Below, piece after piece: positions 28,870-41,500 of a stretch of 64,000 nucleotides of DNA (its first letter is position 1; each line of letters begins with the position of its first letter). Source of the DNA: Eledone cirrhosa (Eukaryota); the NCBI GenBank assembly GCA_964016885.1, contig OZ024740.1:381176001-381240000 (forward strand), in the 5' to 3' direction. The notes under the pieces are model-generated. The model ran no database searches. It had not been told where the DNA came from and saw nothing but the letters and a program-made list of their open reading frames with translations. The position numbers and the translations under genes are program-made.

Positions 28870-28900
<31 letters not shown>

Positions 28901-28930
28901 GTATTTGTATATGTATATATGTATATGTAT

Positions 28931-28962
<32 letters not shown>

Positions 28963-28999
28963 GTATATATATATGTATATGTATATATATATGTATATA

Positions 29000-29034
<35 letters not shown>

Positions 29035-29078
29035 ATATATGTATATATATATGTATATATATATGTTATATATATATG

Positions 29079-29110
<32 letters not shown>

Positions 29111-30049
29111 TATATGTATATGTATATATTATATATGTATATATGTATGTATATATGTATATATATATGTATATATATATGTATATATATATGTATGTAT
29201 ATGTATATATATATGTATATATGTATGTATGTATATTATATATGTATATATATATGTATGTATATGTATATATATATGTATATGTATATGTATATATATG
29301 TATATATGTATATATATATGTATATATATATATGTATATATGTATGTATATGTATATATATATGTATATGTATATGTATATATATGTATATATGTATATA
29401 TATATGTATATATATATATGTATATATATATATGTATATATATATATGTATATATATATATGTATATATATATATGTATATGTGTATATGTATATGTATA
29501 TGTGTATATGTATATGTATATATGTATATGTATATATAATATATGTATATATATATAAATATGTATATATATATATATATGTATATATATGTATATATGT
29601 ATGTATATATGTATATATGTATATATATGTATATATGTATGTATATGTATATATATATGTATATATATATATATGTATGTATATGTATATATGTATGTAT
29701 ATATATATGTATTATATGTATATATATATATATTATATATATATATGTATATGTATATATATGTATATGTATATATATGTATATGTATATCTATATATGT
29801 ATATGTATATATGTATATATATGTATATATATGTATATCTATATATGTATATATATGTATATATGTATATATATGTATATATATGTATATGTATATATAT
29901 GTATATGTATATATATGTATATATATATATATGTATATATATGTATGTATATATATGTATATATATATATATATATGTATATGTATATATATGTATATAT
30001 ATGTATATGTATATATATGTATATATATGTATATATATATATATGTATA
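28765..30049. repeat. (TA)n-TG array
   Basis: Same G-biased TA pattern, with tatgttta variants at the start. Confidence 0.9.
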
Positions 30050-30161
30050 TCATCATCATCATCATCATTTCATTTTACATCCGCTTTTGTATGTATATAT
30101 ATGTATATATATATATGTATATCATCATCATCATCATCATTTCATTTTACATCCGCTTTTG
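30050..30161 (-). mobile_element. Two ultra-short LINE/SINE 3' stubs (third copy at 31100-31143)
   Basis: (cat)n-ttcattttacatccgcttttg, the reverse complement of an RTE-type terminus plus (GAT)n tail. Confidence 0.65.
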
Positions 30162-30179
30162 TATATATATATATATATA

Positions 30180-31040
30180 TCATCATCATCATCATCATCA
30201 ACGTTTAACGTCCGTGTTCCACGCTTGCATGGGTTTGGACGGGGGTAGTCCCACTTGAGGCAAGAGTGATTGTCTTGCTCGCATAGGACTGTCTGGCAGG
30301 TTTTCTACAGTTGGATGCCCTTCCTAACACCAACCACATTTACAGTGTGGGTCTGGGAGGTTTTTACCGTGTTGCCTACACGGCCACATTACAGCGTGGA
30401 CTGTGTGTTTTTTTTGTCGTGACACCTACACGATCTCATTTGTTTCGGCCTCGATGGCGCGGCACCAACATAACTTTACATAGAACGGGGTGGTGTGGAT
30501 GGGGTGGGGGTGGTGGTGGTGGGACGGGGTGTATTTTGTTAGAGATGCCCACTGGCTGGAGTAGGTTTTACTATATATTTAGGTAAGGCGGGTCTTCTCT
30601 GTTACTGAGTACCGCCAAAGGTCTCGGTCCAGTGACATTGTCTTGGAGAGGTGTAAGTGTGTGATGTCGGAGTTTATCAGCTCGTCCCAGGTTTTTCTAG
30701 GTCTGCCTATTCCGTGACTACCGTCTATCTTTATTGCCCTGCACTTTGTTATACAGCTATCGACTTTCATGCGCATCACGTGTCCATACCAACGTAGCCT
30801 TCTCTCGGAGTAAACAACATCTGATCCCTCTTATCTCTAATTTTTTCCTTAGTTCGTTTATGCTTTGCCGTTCACGTATATTACTGTTACACATCCAGCG
30901 GAGCGTGCAAGCTTCGTTCCTCTCTAGTCTGCGTATATCCTCTGCACACAATGCCCAGGTCTCACTGCCATGCAGCATTGCTGTTCGTATGCAGGCATCG
31001 TACAACCTGCCTTTCATTTTTAGTGAGAACCCTTTAGCAG

Positions 31041-31044
<4 letters not shown>
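30180..31044 (-). mobile_element. RTE LINE 3' fragment
   Basis: LAAKGFSLKMKGRLYDAC... and GRPRKTW, with a (GAT)n tail. Confidence 0.92.
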
Positions 31045-31095
<51 letters not shown>

Positions 31096-31159
31096 GTATA
31101 TCATCATCATCATCATCATCATTTCATTTTACATCCGCTTTTGTATATATAATATATAG

Positions 31160-31217
<58 letters not shown>

Positions 31218-31469
31218 AAAAAATGGGGAGAAGAATACTGCAGGTTGCACATGGATAACATGTAATAAAATGAGTCCCTCATCAGTGATTTGCCGACGAT
31301 CATAGATATTAGATATATAGATATTTCATATTTAGATATATACATATATACATATATATATATATATGTATGTATATGTATAGAAATATGTATATATATG
31401 TATACATATGTATATATATATGGAAACATATATACATATGTATACATATATATACATATACATATATAT

Positions 31470-31557
31470 ATATTTCGTTTCTGAATTTGTTTAGCAAGAT
31501 TCTTTATCTGAAATCGTGTGTTGAAACCGATATTGACCCTCCCAAAGTATAACAATA
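31470..31557 (-). mobile_element. Micro-fragment of the PLE 5' ORF region with an inverted end
   Basis: 31470-31534 matches ~21881-21945. The following accctcccaaagtataacaatat is the reverse complement of ~21941-21963. Confidence 0.85.
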
Positions 31558-31589
31558 TATGTATGTATATGTATAGAAATATGGATATA

Positions 31590-31810
31590 TTATGTATTAC
31601 AAATATGTATATATATGTATACAAATATGTATATATATGTATACAAATATGTATATATATGTATACAAATATGTATATATTTGTATACAAATATGTATAT
31701 ATATGTATACAAATATGTATTTAAATGTATACAAATATGTATATATATGTATACAAATATGTATATATATGTATACAAATATGTATATATATGTATACAA
31801 ATATGTATAT
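31590..31810. repeat. 22-bp minisatellite (tatgtatacaaatatgtatata)n
   Basis: Visible tandem units. Confidence 0.85.
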
Positions 31811-32119
31811 ATATGTATACATATATGAATATATATGTATATATATATGTATACATATATGAATATATATGTATATATATATGTATACATATATGTATAT
31901 TATGTATACATATATGTATATATATACAATATGTTGAAAAGGTAACACACCAGAGAGAGAGAGAGATCTACAGTGCGTCATCAATAAAACAGGGAAAAAA
32001 CCACCAGTGTATGGAATCTATAACTTATGAAAGGCAGACTATAGACACGATAATTAAAAATATAAATTAAAGCGTAAATAAATACCTCTATAACTATATA
32101 ACACGCGTACAAATCCAAA

Positions 32120-32192
32120 GACACTACTCCAAAGATATGTTTCACCAATAATTTGTTGAAAGAAATGGGTTAGCCTCGGTTCATCAGTGTGT
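32120..32192 (-). ncRNA. Degenerate hammerhead motif in a ~390-bp unique insert (31930-32320)
   Basis: CUGAUGA-ACCGA-(27 nt)-UUGGU-GAAAC has an intact core and stem II. Stems I and III are imperfect. Confidence 0.4.
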
Positions 32193-32329
32193 GTAAGGCT
32201 ATACATTTCAGATAACACTAAGAGAATTTTAAAATTGACTGTCCAGCTACACGTGGGAGAGAGAAGTCACAAGTTACAGGGAATAGCGAAGGCCTATGCC
32301 TCCGTTAATTTATCGTGATATGTATATAT

Positions 32330-32821
32330 ATATATATATGTATACATATATGTATATATATGTATACATATATGTATATATATGTATACATATATGTATA
32401 TATATGTATACATATATGTATATATATGTATACATATATGTATATATATGTATACATATATGTATATATATGTATACATATATGTATATATATGTATACA
32501 TATATGTATATATATGTATACATATATGTATATATATATGTATACATATATGTATATATATGTATACATATATGTATATATATGTATACATATATGTATA
32601 CATATATGTATATATATGTATACATATATGTATATATATGTATATATATGTATACATATATGTATATATATGTATACATATATGTATATATATGTATACA
32701 TATATGTATATATATATGTATACATATATGTATACATATATGTATACATATATGTATACATATATGTATATATATGTATACATATATGTATATATATGTA
32801 TACATATATGTATATATGTAT
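32330..32821. repeat. 22-bp minisatellite (tatgtatacatatatgtatata)n
   Basis: Tandem units containing the palindrome tatgtatacata. Confidence 0.9.
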
Positions 32822-33656
32822 AGGTTTCTCTCTAAAAATGAAAAGCATGCTGTATGATGCCTGCATACGAACAGCAATGTTACATGTCAGTGAGACTTGG
32901 GCATTGTGTGCAGAGAGGATCTACGCAGACTGGAGAGGAACGAAGCTTGCATGCTCCGTTGGATGTGTAATAGTAATATACGTGAACGGCAAAGCATAAA
33001 TGAACTAAGTGAGAAATTAGGAATAAGAGGGATCAGATGTTTTCTACTCGAGAGAAGACTACGTTGGTATGGTCACGTTAGGCGCATGAAAGACGACAAC
33101 TGTATAAAAAAGTGCAGGGCGATCAAAATAGACGGTAGCCACGGTGTAGGCAGACCTAGAAAAACCTGGGACGACTTCATAAATTCCGACCTCACACACA
33201 CCTCTCCAAGATGTCACTGGACCGAGATCTTTGGCACTACGCAGTAATACAGAAGCGCCCCGCCTTGCCTAAGTGCAAAGCGAAACCTACTACAGTCAGT
33301 AGGCACCTCTTAACCAAAATATATCCCCGTCCCACTACCCCTACCTCATCCCCACCACCCCTTTCGATGTAAAGTTATGTTGGTACCACAATATCCAGTC
33401 CTAAATAAATGAGGTAGTGTAGGTGTCACGACAAAAAACACAGTTAACGCTGTAATGTGGCCCTGTAGGTAACACGGTAAAAACGTCCCAGTTCCAGACT
33501 GTAAACGTGGTTGGTGTTAGGAAGGGCATTCTGCCGTGGAAAACCTGCCAGACAATCCTATACGAGCAAGACAACCAATCTTGCCTCAAGTGGGAAAATT
33601 CCCGTCCAAACCCATGCTAGCGTGGAAGATGGGCGTTAAACGATGATGATGATGAT
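32822..33656 (+). mobile_element. RTE LINE 3' fragment, opposite orientation to the others
   Basis: [19 protein letters not shown] and LRWYGHV. It ends gggcgttaaacgatgatgatgatgat. Confidence 0.92.
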
Positions 33657-33672
33657 ATATATATGTATACAT

Positions 33673-33715
<43 letters not shown>

Positions 33716-34073
33716 TATGTGTAAATGTGTATGTGTGTATCAGGGTGGGAGAAGGGAAGAGAAATCATTTTATTTTTCTGAAAACTTTGTCTATTTCAAG
33801 TACAATTACTGAATAATAAAATATAAAAATCCCTGACTAATGTGTAAATACAGCAGAAGATTGACCTATAAATGTGTGTGTATATATATATATATACACT
33901 GTCCTGAATGAAGTCACTTACCTGTACTAGGTCATTGGAAACACTCCTAACACACATTTCCAGACACTCTCCCCTTCACACCCATATCTCTTTCACACAA
34001 ACACATTTTCTTTATATATATATATATATATATATATATCTTTTGAACTAAACATAAAATGTGTGTGTGTAAA

Positions 34074-34111
<38 letters not shown>

Positions 34112-34612
34112 ATTCATAATTTATTTATTTATCTATCTTTATATGTTTGTATAAGTATTCAAATATATAAATGCTTTCAGAGGTATAGTGACTCTCTTCT
34201 GCTATTACTCTGACATTATTAATCTAAGCATTTGGGAGGATCTGTATTATGATATCCTAATATAGTTCCTATAGCATGAATCATGAATACATTTAATGAT
34301 CTGTTTATTTTTATTTTTAATGTCCTCATCAAATAAAGTTATTTTGAGCTTTTATTTCTGTGTTTGTGATTGTTGGCTGTTAGTTCATTTTTCTGGTTCT
34401 GAACATTTTTACTGCTTATATGTATATTAGATGCTGTTGTTGCTTAGAACAGACATATGATCAAAGGTATTCCAGCCATAATCACTCCTGTTTCTCTTGA
34501 GTATTGGGTATCTAGGACATTATCTAATGCCTTCCTCCCTTTTCAAGGCAGTCGGTTGTGATTTGGAAGAGCTGTGGTTGCCATTTCTGGCAGGGTTGGC
34601 TTGTACACATAC

Positions 34613-34616
<4 letters not shown>

Positions 34617-34690
<74 letters not shown>

Positions 34691-34832
34691 TTCTCTCTCT
34701 CTCTTCTCTCTCTTTCTCTCTCTCTCTTCTCTCTCTCTCTCTCTCTTTTCTCTCTCTCTCTCTCTTTTCTCTCTCTCTCTCTCTTTTCTCTTTTCTCTCT
34801 CTCTTTTCTCTCTCTCTCTCTCTCTCTCTCTC
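34617..34832. repeat. (CT)n polypyrimidine microsatellite
   Basis: Direct reading. Confidence 0.95.
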
Positions 34833-36379
34833 CACACATATATAATCTCTCTCAAAAGCACAACCTACTGCCTTGTGAAGAGAAAGATGCAGTGACCTAT
34901 GTCATCTTCATACATTGTGCATGAAAGGATAAAAAGGAAAGATGGGATAGTCACAGCTGGAACAGCTCTGATTATAGGTTTATTTAGTCTGAGTTAGACA
35001 GAGGTAGTTGGGGTGTGAAATATTAACATATAGATATATAATTTCAGAGAGTGGCTGTCATATATGAATTAACATATGATTTCAGAGAGTGGCTGTCATA
35101 TGTGAATTAACAGGTCAACTTAATCCTTTTGGGGGTTCTGTTATTGTTTAAAGTAGTGTTCCAGTTTTAACATTTGCCATTTCTGTTTACATGTTTTAGC
35201 TATTTTTCATGTTATATTACTTAACTAAAGAAATATTTTAACTATTTGTGCAGGTCTGTACATTTGTAGTGAATGAAATATATGGACAACACTTTCTGCA
35301 TGAAAGTGTGCTATGTTCTTGTAGTATATGTCAATCTTTTGTGAGGAAAGATTAAACAGGGCATGTGAAGAATTAATCAGTAGATGCAGTGACCATGACT
35401 TGCATGTTTCCTACACTAGTGAGATTAATTTGTTTTTTTTCCAGTTTGAACATTTTCAGGTTGATGTGTGCAGGAAAAGTGTAGACAAAAGGGAATTCCT
35501 GGGAAAAATAAGTGGGTTAAATATTTAGTTTAATATCTTGAAGGGATACACTGCCCTGGGCGATAAGAGTGATGCGTGATAAGCAGGCCTTGGTGAAATA
35601 GGCATTCAATTTACTAGTTCAAAAGAATAGGAGTTATTTTTAGTATTTTTAATTTATCATTGGTGTAGCCCAGTGTTTCCAAAAGTAGGTTCTGTGAAAC
35701 AAATTCTGGGTCTCATGAGATAAGCTGCCATTTGATAAAATCTAATTAGAATACAGGAGAGACAATATCTTCACTTCTACTGTCAAGTTGTAAATATTTA
35801 GTTCAGTTGCTTCTTTCTGATGCATGTTATTACCAAGTACAGCTGGTAAGATTTAGGTTAAAATGTCATTCATTTCATGTATTGTTTGTCATAACACAAG
35901 TTTCCAGAATGTGTTTGTTGCTTTAATGAAGTGGTTGGTCTTCAAGTTAATACTTGTTCTTCGCAAATATATTTAAAAGAATTGTTTGCTTTTTATAATT
36001 TGATAGTATGAAACACCTGAAATAATTTATGATGTAAATATAGATGATGTAAATCTTGATTGCATATAGTTAATTTGGTTGTTCAATTTGTTAAAAATAG
36101 CTGTAAAATCTCCCTCAAAATACTCCCTGCAATTATTTGATCCTTAAATCACTGTAGGCTTACTCTTAGCTAAGAACTCCTCATTTAGTCCTCTTACTGA
36201 AAAAAGGGCATTTATGGTGCTCCTCCCTGATATAAAACTGAACTGCACCTCACCTAATTTAACAATTTCCCTAATTAGTTATGCTGGAACTCTATCACTT
36301 TCATAACTTGGTTCATTAGTTTTATTACTCTGTAGTTGCTCCTTTCTAGAACATCAAATTTTCCCTTGCAGCAATTAAT

Positions 36380-37345
36380 GATTAAGCTGCTGTGCTAGTC
36401 ATTGGTATGGTACCATCCTTTATTATCTGATTGACTATGTAGGTAACTAGTTTGACTCATATTTCTCCAGATGCTTTCAGCATCTCAGCAACTATCTCAG
36501 TCAGTCTTGTGGCTTTACCATTTTTCATCTCCTTGTTGGTTATCATATAGGATCATCCAGTTTTCCTTTGTCATATGAGTCAAACTTATCCTCCTTCCCA
36601 TATGCCTAACATAAAGCTTTCCTGAACCTATAATTAACTGTGTGTCCTTTAGCTTGCACATTCTCCCCTTCCAGATTTTCCTGTGTTTCCTCTTCTGTCT
36701 TGTGCTCATTCTGATTTTGCTAATAATTTACTTATGTTGGGCAGTGTATTCTTCTCTGGGGAAGGTCTTAACATTTATAACTATATGTCTATCTTGTTTT
36801 CTAACAAATACGAAGTTAATCTGGCTTGTATGTTCACCTGAATGGTAGGTGATCAAGAGGCTGACTGGTTTTATGGAGTTAATAGTGCAAATTGTTAGAT
36901 CATTTGCATCATAGAATTCCAGGAGCCTCATTCACTTTTCATTATCCAAGCGATAGCCATAGCAACCAGGTACACTGGTGTAGCTATCCTTGTGCTGTCC
37001 AACATATCCCAAAAAGTCACTTGCATAGCTAGAGATAATTGCTGTCAATTGCCTATGACTATTGAGTTTGATAATTCTATTGCTTATTCTAACTACTTAA
37101 ATTACTTTATTTATCCACTTCTCAGCTAGTGGAATGACTACTCCATCTACCCTGTTGTCATTACCTACCCAGAAATACTTGTATATACATTGTTTACCTG
37201 TGGGAAGTCTTGCAGAGGTATCTCTCCATCTAATCTCTTGAACATGGCATACATCCACTTGTTGCATCTCAAGTATCTCAACAATTTCACCTGAACTACT
37301 GTTCAGTTTGCCCACATTGAGTGTGGCAGCTCTGAGATGAACAAG
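36380..37345 (-). mobile_element. Old, internally deleted RTE LINE (APE endonuclease region)
   Basis: ATLNVGKL, DVCHVQEIRW, FWVGN..GV, RLLEFYDANDL and ITYHSG..SQINF. Confidence 0.75.
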
Positions 37346-38459
37346 TTTTATATTTATGTAAAATAATATATACATAAAGAACAGTTTGACCTTATTTTAT
37401 ATTTCTTGTTTAATCCATCTATTTCATTTTAAGATTGATGTGTGAAAATTTCAGAAATAATTACTGTTTGGTATATGAAAAATGTAGGATATCAAATATT
37501 TTAATTTAAAAAAAATGTTATTGTTAAAAACAAAATAAAACAAGCAATTTTCATTTTTGTTTTCCAAATTTTCATCTGTCTTATTTCACTCCTGCAAAAA
37601 AAAAAAAAAATAATAATAATAATAAAAAAAATTAATAAGATAAAAATAAAACCAACCCTTCATAGGATAACTTTTGAAATTTATAAATAATAAATCATTG
37701 CAACCATTTTTGGTTACATAGTAGACGTGAAATTAGACCTGTAATCATTAGGGAAAACAAACAGAAAATTATCAAAATACAAAGGAAAAAAGTATTGAGA
37801 AAATTTGGGGTTCAAATGTCACCAGGCAGACTGTGTTGTTTTTTCTATTCATTTATAGAACACATTAAAGTGCAAATCTGCTCTTTTTAACATTTCAGGG
37901 GTCATTTCTTAAGTATGTGTCACAATGTTATTTAATTCTAGAGCAGAACATTTGATATATCACATGTCAGATCACTATATTTACCAATTGGCTCAAATAA
38001 CTGATATAATCAGTTCCAAAGATAATTTTCTGCCTGTCTCCATAGTTTATAGTTGTATTACAGTAAAAAAAAAAAAAATGTATTGAAGACGTGCTATACT
38101 ATTTAAGTAGTTGATGTTAAGAAGGGCAACCATGTTGGAAAATATGAGCTTGATGTTTTGCTTTGACCTATCTAGCAGGATAGTAAGTATTGACTCAAAC
38201 TGTGACGACCTGTCCAACTCATGCCAGTATGCAAATTGAATGTAAAATGATGATGATATATGGTTACAGAAACAACCACTTAACCAAGGAGTGATAGGGG
38301 AACATATCTTAGTTAGGCTTATGTGTCCATTTACTATGATCTGTTGCAATATTTAAATGAAAATATGGATTCTTCCATAAAAAGTTGTAAGATCTTCCCC
38401 CTAAATCTGGAGAGGTAAAGGCTGCCAAAAACTAGACAAGCAAATACCTTTCATTATTT

Positions 38460-38582
38460 TATCTGAGTTCAAATCCCGCCGAGGTTAACTTTGCCTTTCA
38501 TCCTTACGGGGTCGATAAAATAAAGTACCAGTAATGTACTCGGTATTTGCTGGCCTTGTGCCTAAAATAGAAACAATTATTT
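38460..38582 (+). mobile_element. 5'-truncated SINE
   Basis: tctgagttcaaatcccgccgaggttaactttgcctttcatcc ... agaaacaattatt. Confidence 0.85.
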
Positions 38583-41500
38583 TACTGTTATCAGTCTACA
38601 ATGAGATTCAAACAATTTCCCCCTATTTTAGTTCTCTGTTCTGTAATCATTTAAGGTCATGACATAATTACCAAACACATATTGCAGTATGTTCAATTAA
38701 TTACATCCCTTCCTTTGCAATTTTGAAACCTTACAAAAGCATGAGAAATTATTGTAGTTGTTTCTAACACTGTATATAGAAGAGCTAAAAATTTTGTCTG
38801 TAGTCTGGTTTCTATTCCAGGTTTTGATCTGTTCCCCTTCGTTTGTTTCATTAATGTTCTTAAAAATTTAAACATATAATCTCAATTTTCTGTTCCTACA
38901 TGATCTGAGAGGTCTGTAGTTACACTTTGGTATTGACTTGGTTTTTAACAACCTGCCCAATCCATGCTAGCCAGGGAAAACGGACATTAAAAGATGATTG
39001 TGAACTCTGGCCTTTTGATCATAAAGTAGAAATAATTTACAGATTTATTTAATAATTAATATTTGCAATTGAAGTCTTGGTAGGCAGTGTCAACCCATGT
39101 TCCTAACACATAGACATATATATATGTACACACATGTATGTACATATACATAGTGCACGTGCACACTCCTATATATGGGTTCATCATCTAGAAGCACACA
39201 GAATTATGGTAGCATGTTGTAATGTTTTATTATATGTCTAAATTACATGTTTAATAGTTGTTTTATTTTATGACAGTCTGGAAATAACTGAATAATTGGT
39301 AGTTTGCTTCTCATGTATGTTTGTGGGTAGGTGATATATATATAAACTTACAAAAATGGGGGTGATGAAAAAAAAACACCGCAAACTTAAGCAACAAGCA
39401 GTTCCTCAGTATTTTGTCTCTGACAACCATTTGACATGCTATAATTATATATTCATTATATCACACAATATCATTTTATAATATATTGTATTTATTTAAT
39501 AAAATGATGTCAAATATGCAATATACTATAGTGATTATGCACTGTTTTGTTTATTGGAGAATTAGAAATTGTTAATATAATGTCTATCAAAAAATTTTTA
39601 TATCCCCCAATATTTCGACTCACAGAGAGCTAAAAGTATATATTTACTTTTGTTCATATTACGTGAAATGAGGCTAAAATTGTAGATATAACTTACATTA
39701 AAAATGTTATACATTAATATCATTATACATCTGTTTTCCTTAGTGATGTATCATCTTCGTTCATAATCTTCAACATTTTATGTCTACTTTCTATGTTAAT
39801 ATTGGTTTGATAGGTCATCATGATTGGAGTCAGTTCTTCCTGTTACACAGGTAGAACAAATTTTATCCATTTATCTATTTCTCCACCTTTCTCCATCTGT
39901 CTGTTCACTGAAGAGAATTACCTACTTGTTTATTATAATGTACATAAGAAGCTGAGTATTCTACACAGGCACCTATTATTCTCCATAACAATTTTTTTTG
40001 TGCTAAAATCAGCATAACACTTGTGTGTCAAAACCCATTCATCTGATGACTTTGCCACAATTATGCTGATAAGGTTTGGGTAGAGCTGAGTAATATATAT
40101 GCATATAAATATACATGCATGCATTCTGACATATATACACCCATAGATCTCTGCATTCATACTTATTCACACAAACACTGATTTAAACGCTTGCACTCCC
40201 GCATTCACTTTCGTGCACTCAATATCATCATGAGGATTTATTTATTTTATTTCTTACAAAAGCAAAAGTTGGAATATGATATTTCAAGATACTTTCATAT
40301 CTTCTCACGCACTCACTCACAGTTTTCTCTCACATATATACACATACACCATATTGTTTCACACACTTGCACACATCTTCCCTCATTCAATTATACATAT
40401 ATTCACTCTCTCTAACACATATACAAACACATGCTCTTGCACATACACATGATTGACCATGCACTTCCACACTCTGTGTATTCATACATTAGTGTATGCA
40501 AACATAAACACATGCACACTTGTCAAATGTTATTAATTTGAATTTGAATTATCAAACGTACTCCTGGGAGTCAAACCATGTTTGCGATTGTTCATGTTAG
40601 TAAATGAATTATCAAAATGCCAATTCCCTCAATGTATAGTGTCATCTCATTGCCTTTTTTACATATGTAATTAAACTCTCTTTCTCTCTGGTCCTGCTGA
40701 TTTCTTCTACTGAGATCTGTGGTAGCGATTCTCAGTCCTTTTGACTGTGCAACTCACTGAAGATCAAAGAAAAAGTTACTAGCACAATTCACATGGAAAG
40801 TTGTAAAAACAAAATAACCCTATTTTAAAGCTAAATATTTAGAAAAATATAGTTTAGTTTCATAACAAAATTATAAATAATATATTTTTCAAGTTATTCA
40901 AGCAATAGTGGGGATTCTTTAAAGCCTTAAATCATATATTTTTTTAATTCATGATGCACCAATTCACAGCAATACTATGTTTTGAGAACCACTGGTCTGC
41001 TGTGACATGACTTGCTAGAAAAAGTAGTCTCTTTGAAAGTACAGAGGCACAAGCTTAAAATACGAACCCAGAAGATAAGGTATTCCTAAATAGATTGTTT
41101 GAATAAAATGGTCAAGGCTGGAATTTTTTAATGACAGATTTACTCAATCTGAGCTGACCTGCGGGTTTTCTTGCAACTTCACTAGTGTTTTTGATACATA
41201 CTAAGATTAAAGTCAGTCTATTTTGAGCCTAGTTTCATGTGGCGTTAAGTGACTGATTGTACAAGACTCCTTGGATGAAATGTCAATGCCTCACAATCTT
41301 AACTCTCTCCCAGCTGCTGTTGGTATTCATTTTTACAATAGGTTAGACTCAATCAATGTGAAATGAAGTGCCTTACTCAATGAACCAATGTGCTACTCAG
41401 TTTGGGAAAGAAACTCACAGCTACATCATTGTTGACCATATCCCCTAACCACTAGGCATGCCACCTCATACATATTGATACTAGCCTCTAAATGCAACAG

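Noticed and set aside
31255-31310. CUGAUGAG on the minus strand
   Set aside because: No downstream stem II-GAAA. At best a truncated half-hammerhead
40010-40065. CAGAUGA hammerhead-like remnant (-); similar weak remnants near 6015-6050 and 48875-48905
   Set aside because: Too many core and stem mismatches to support
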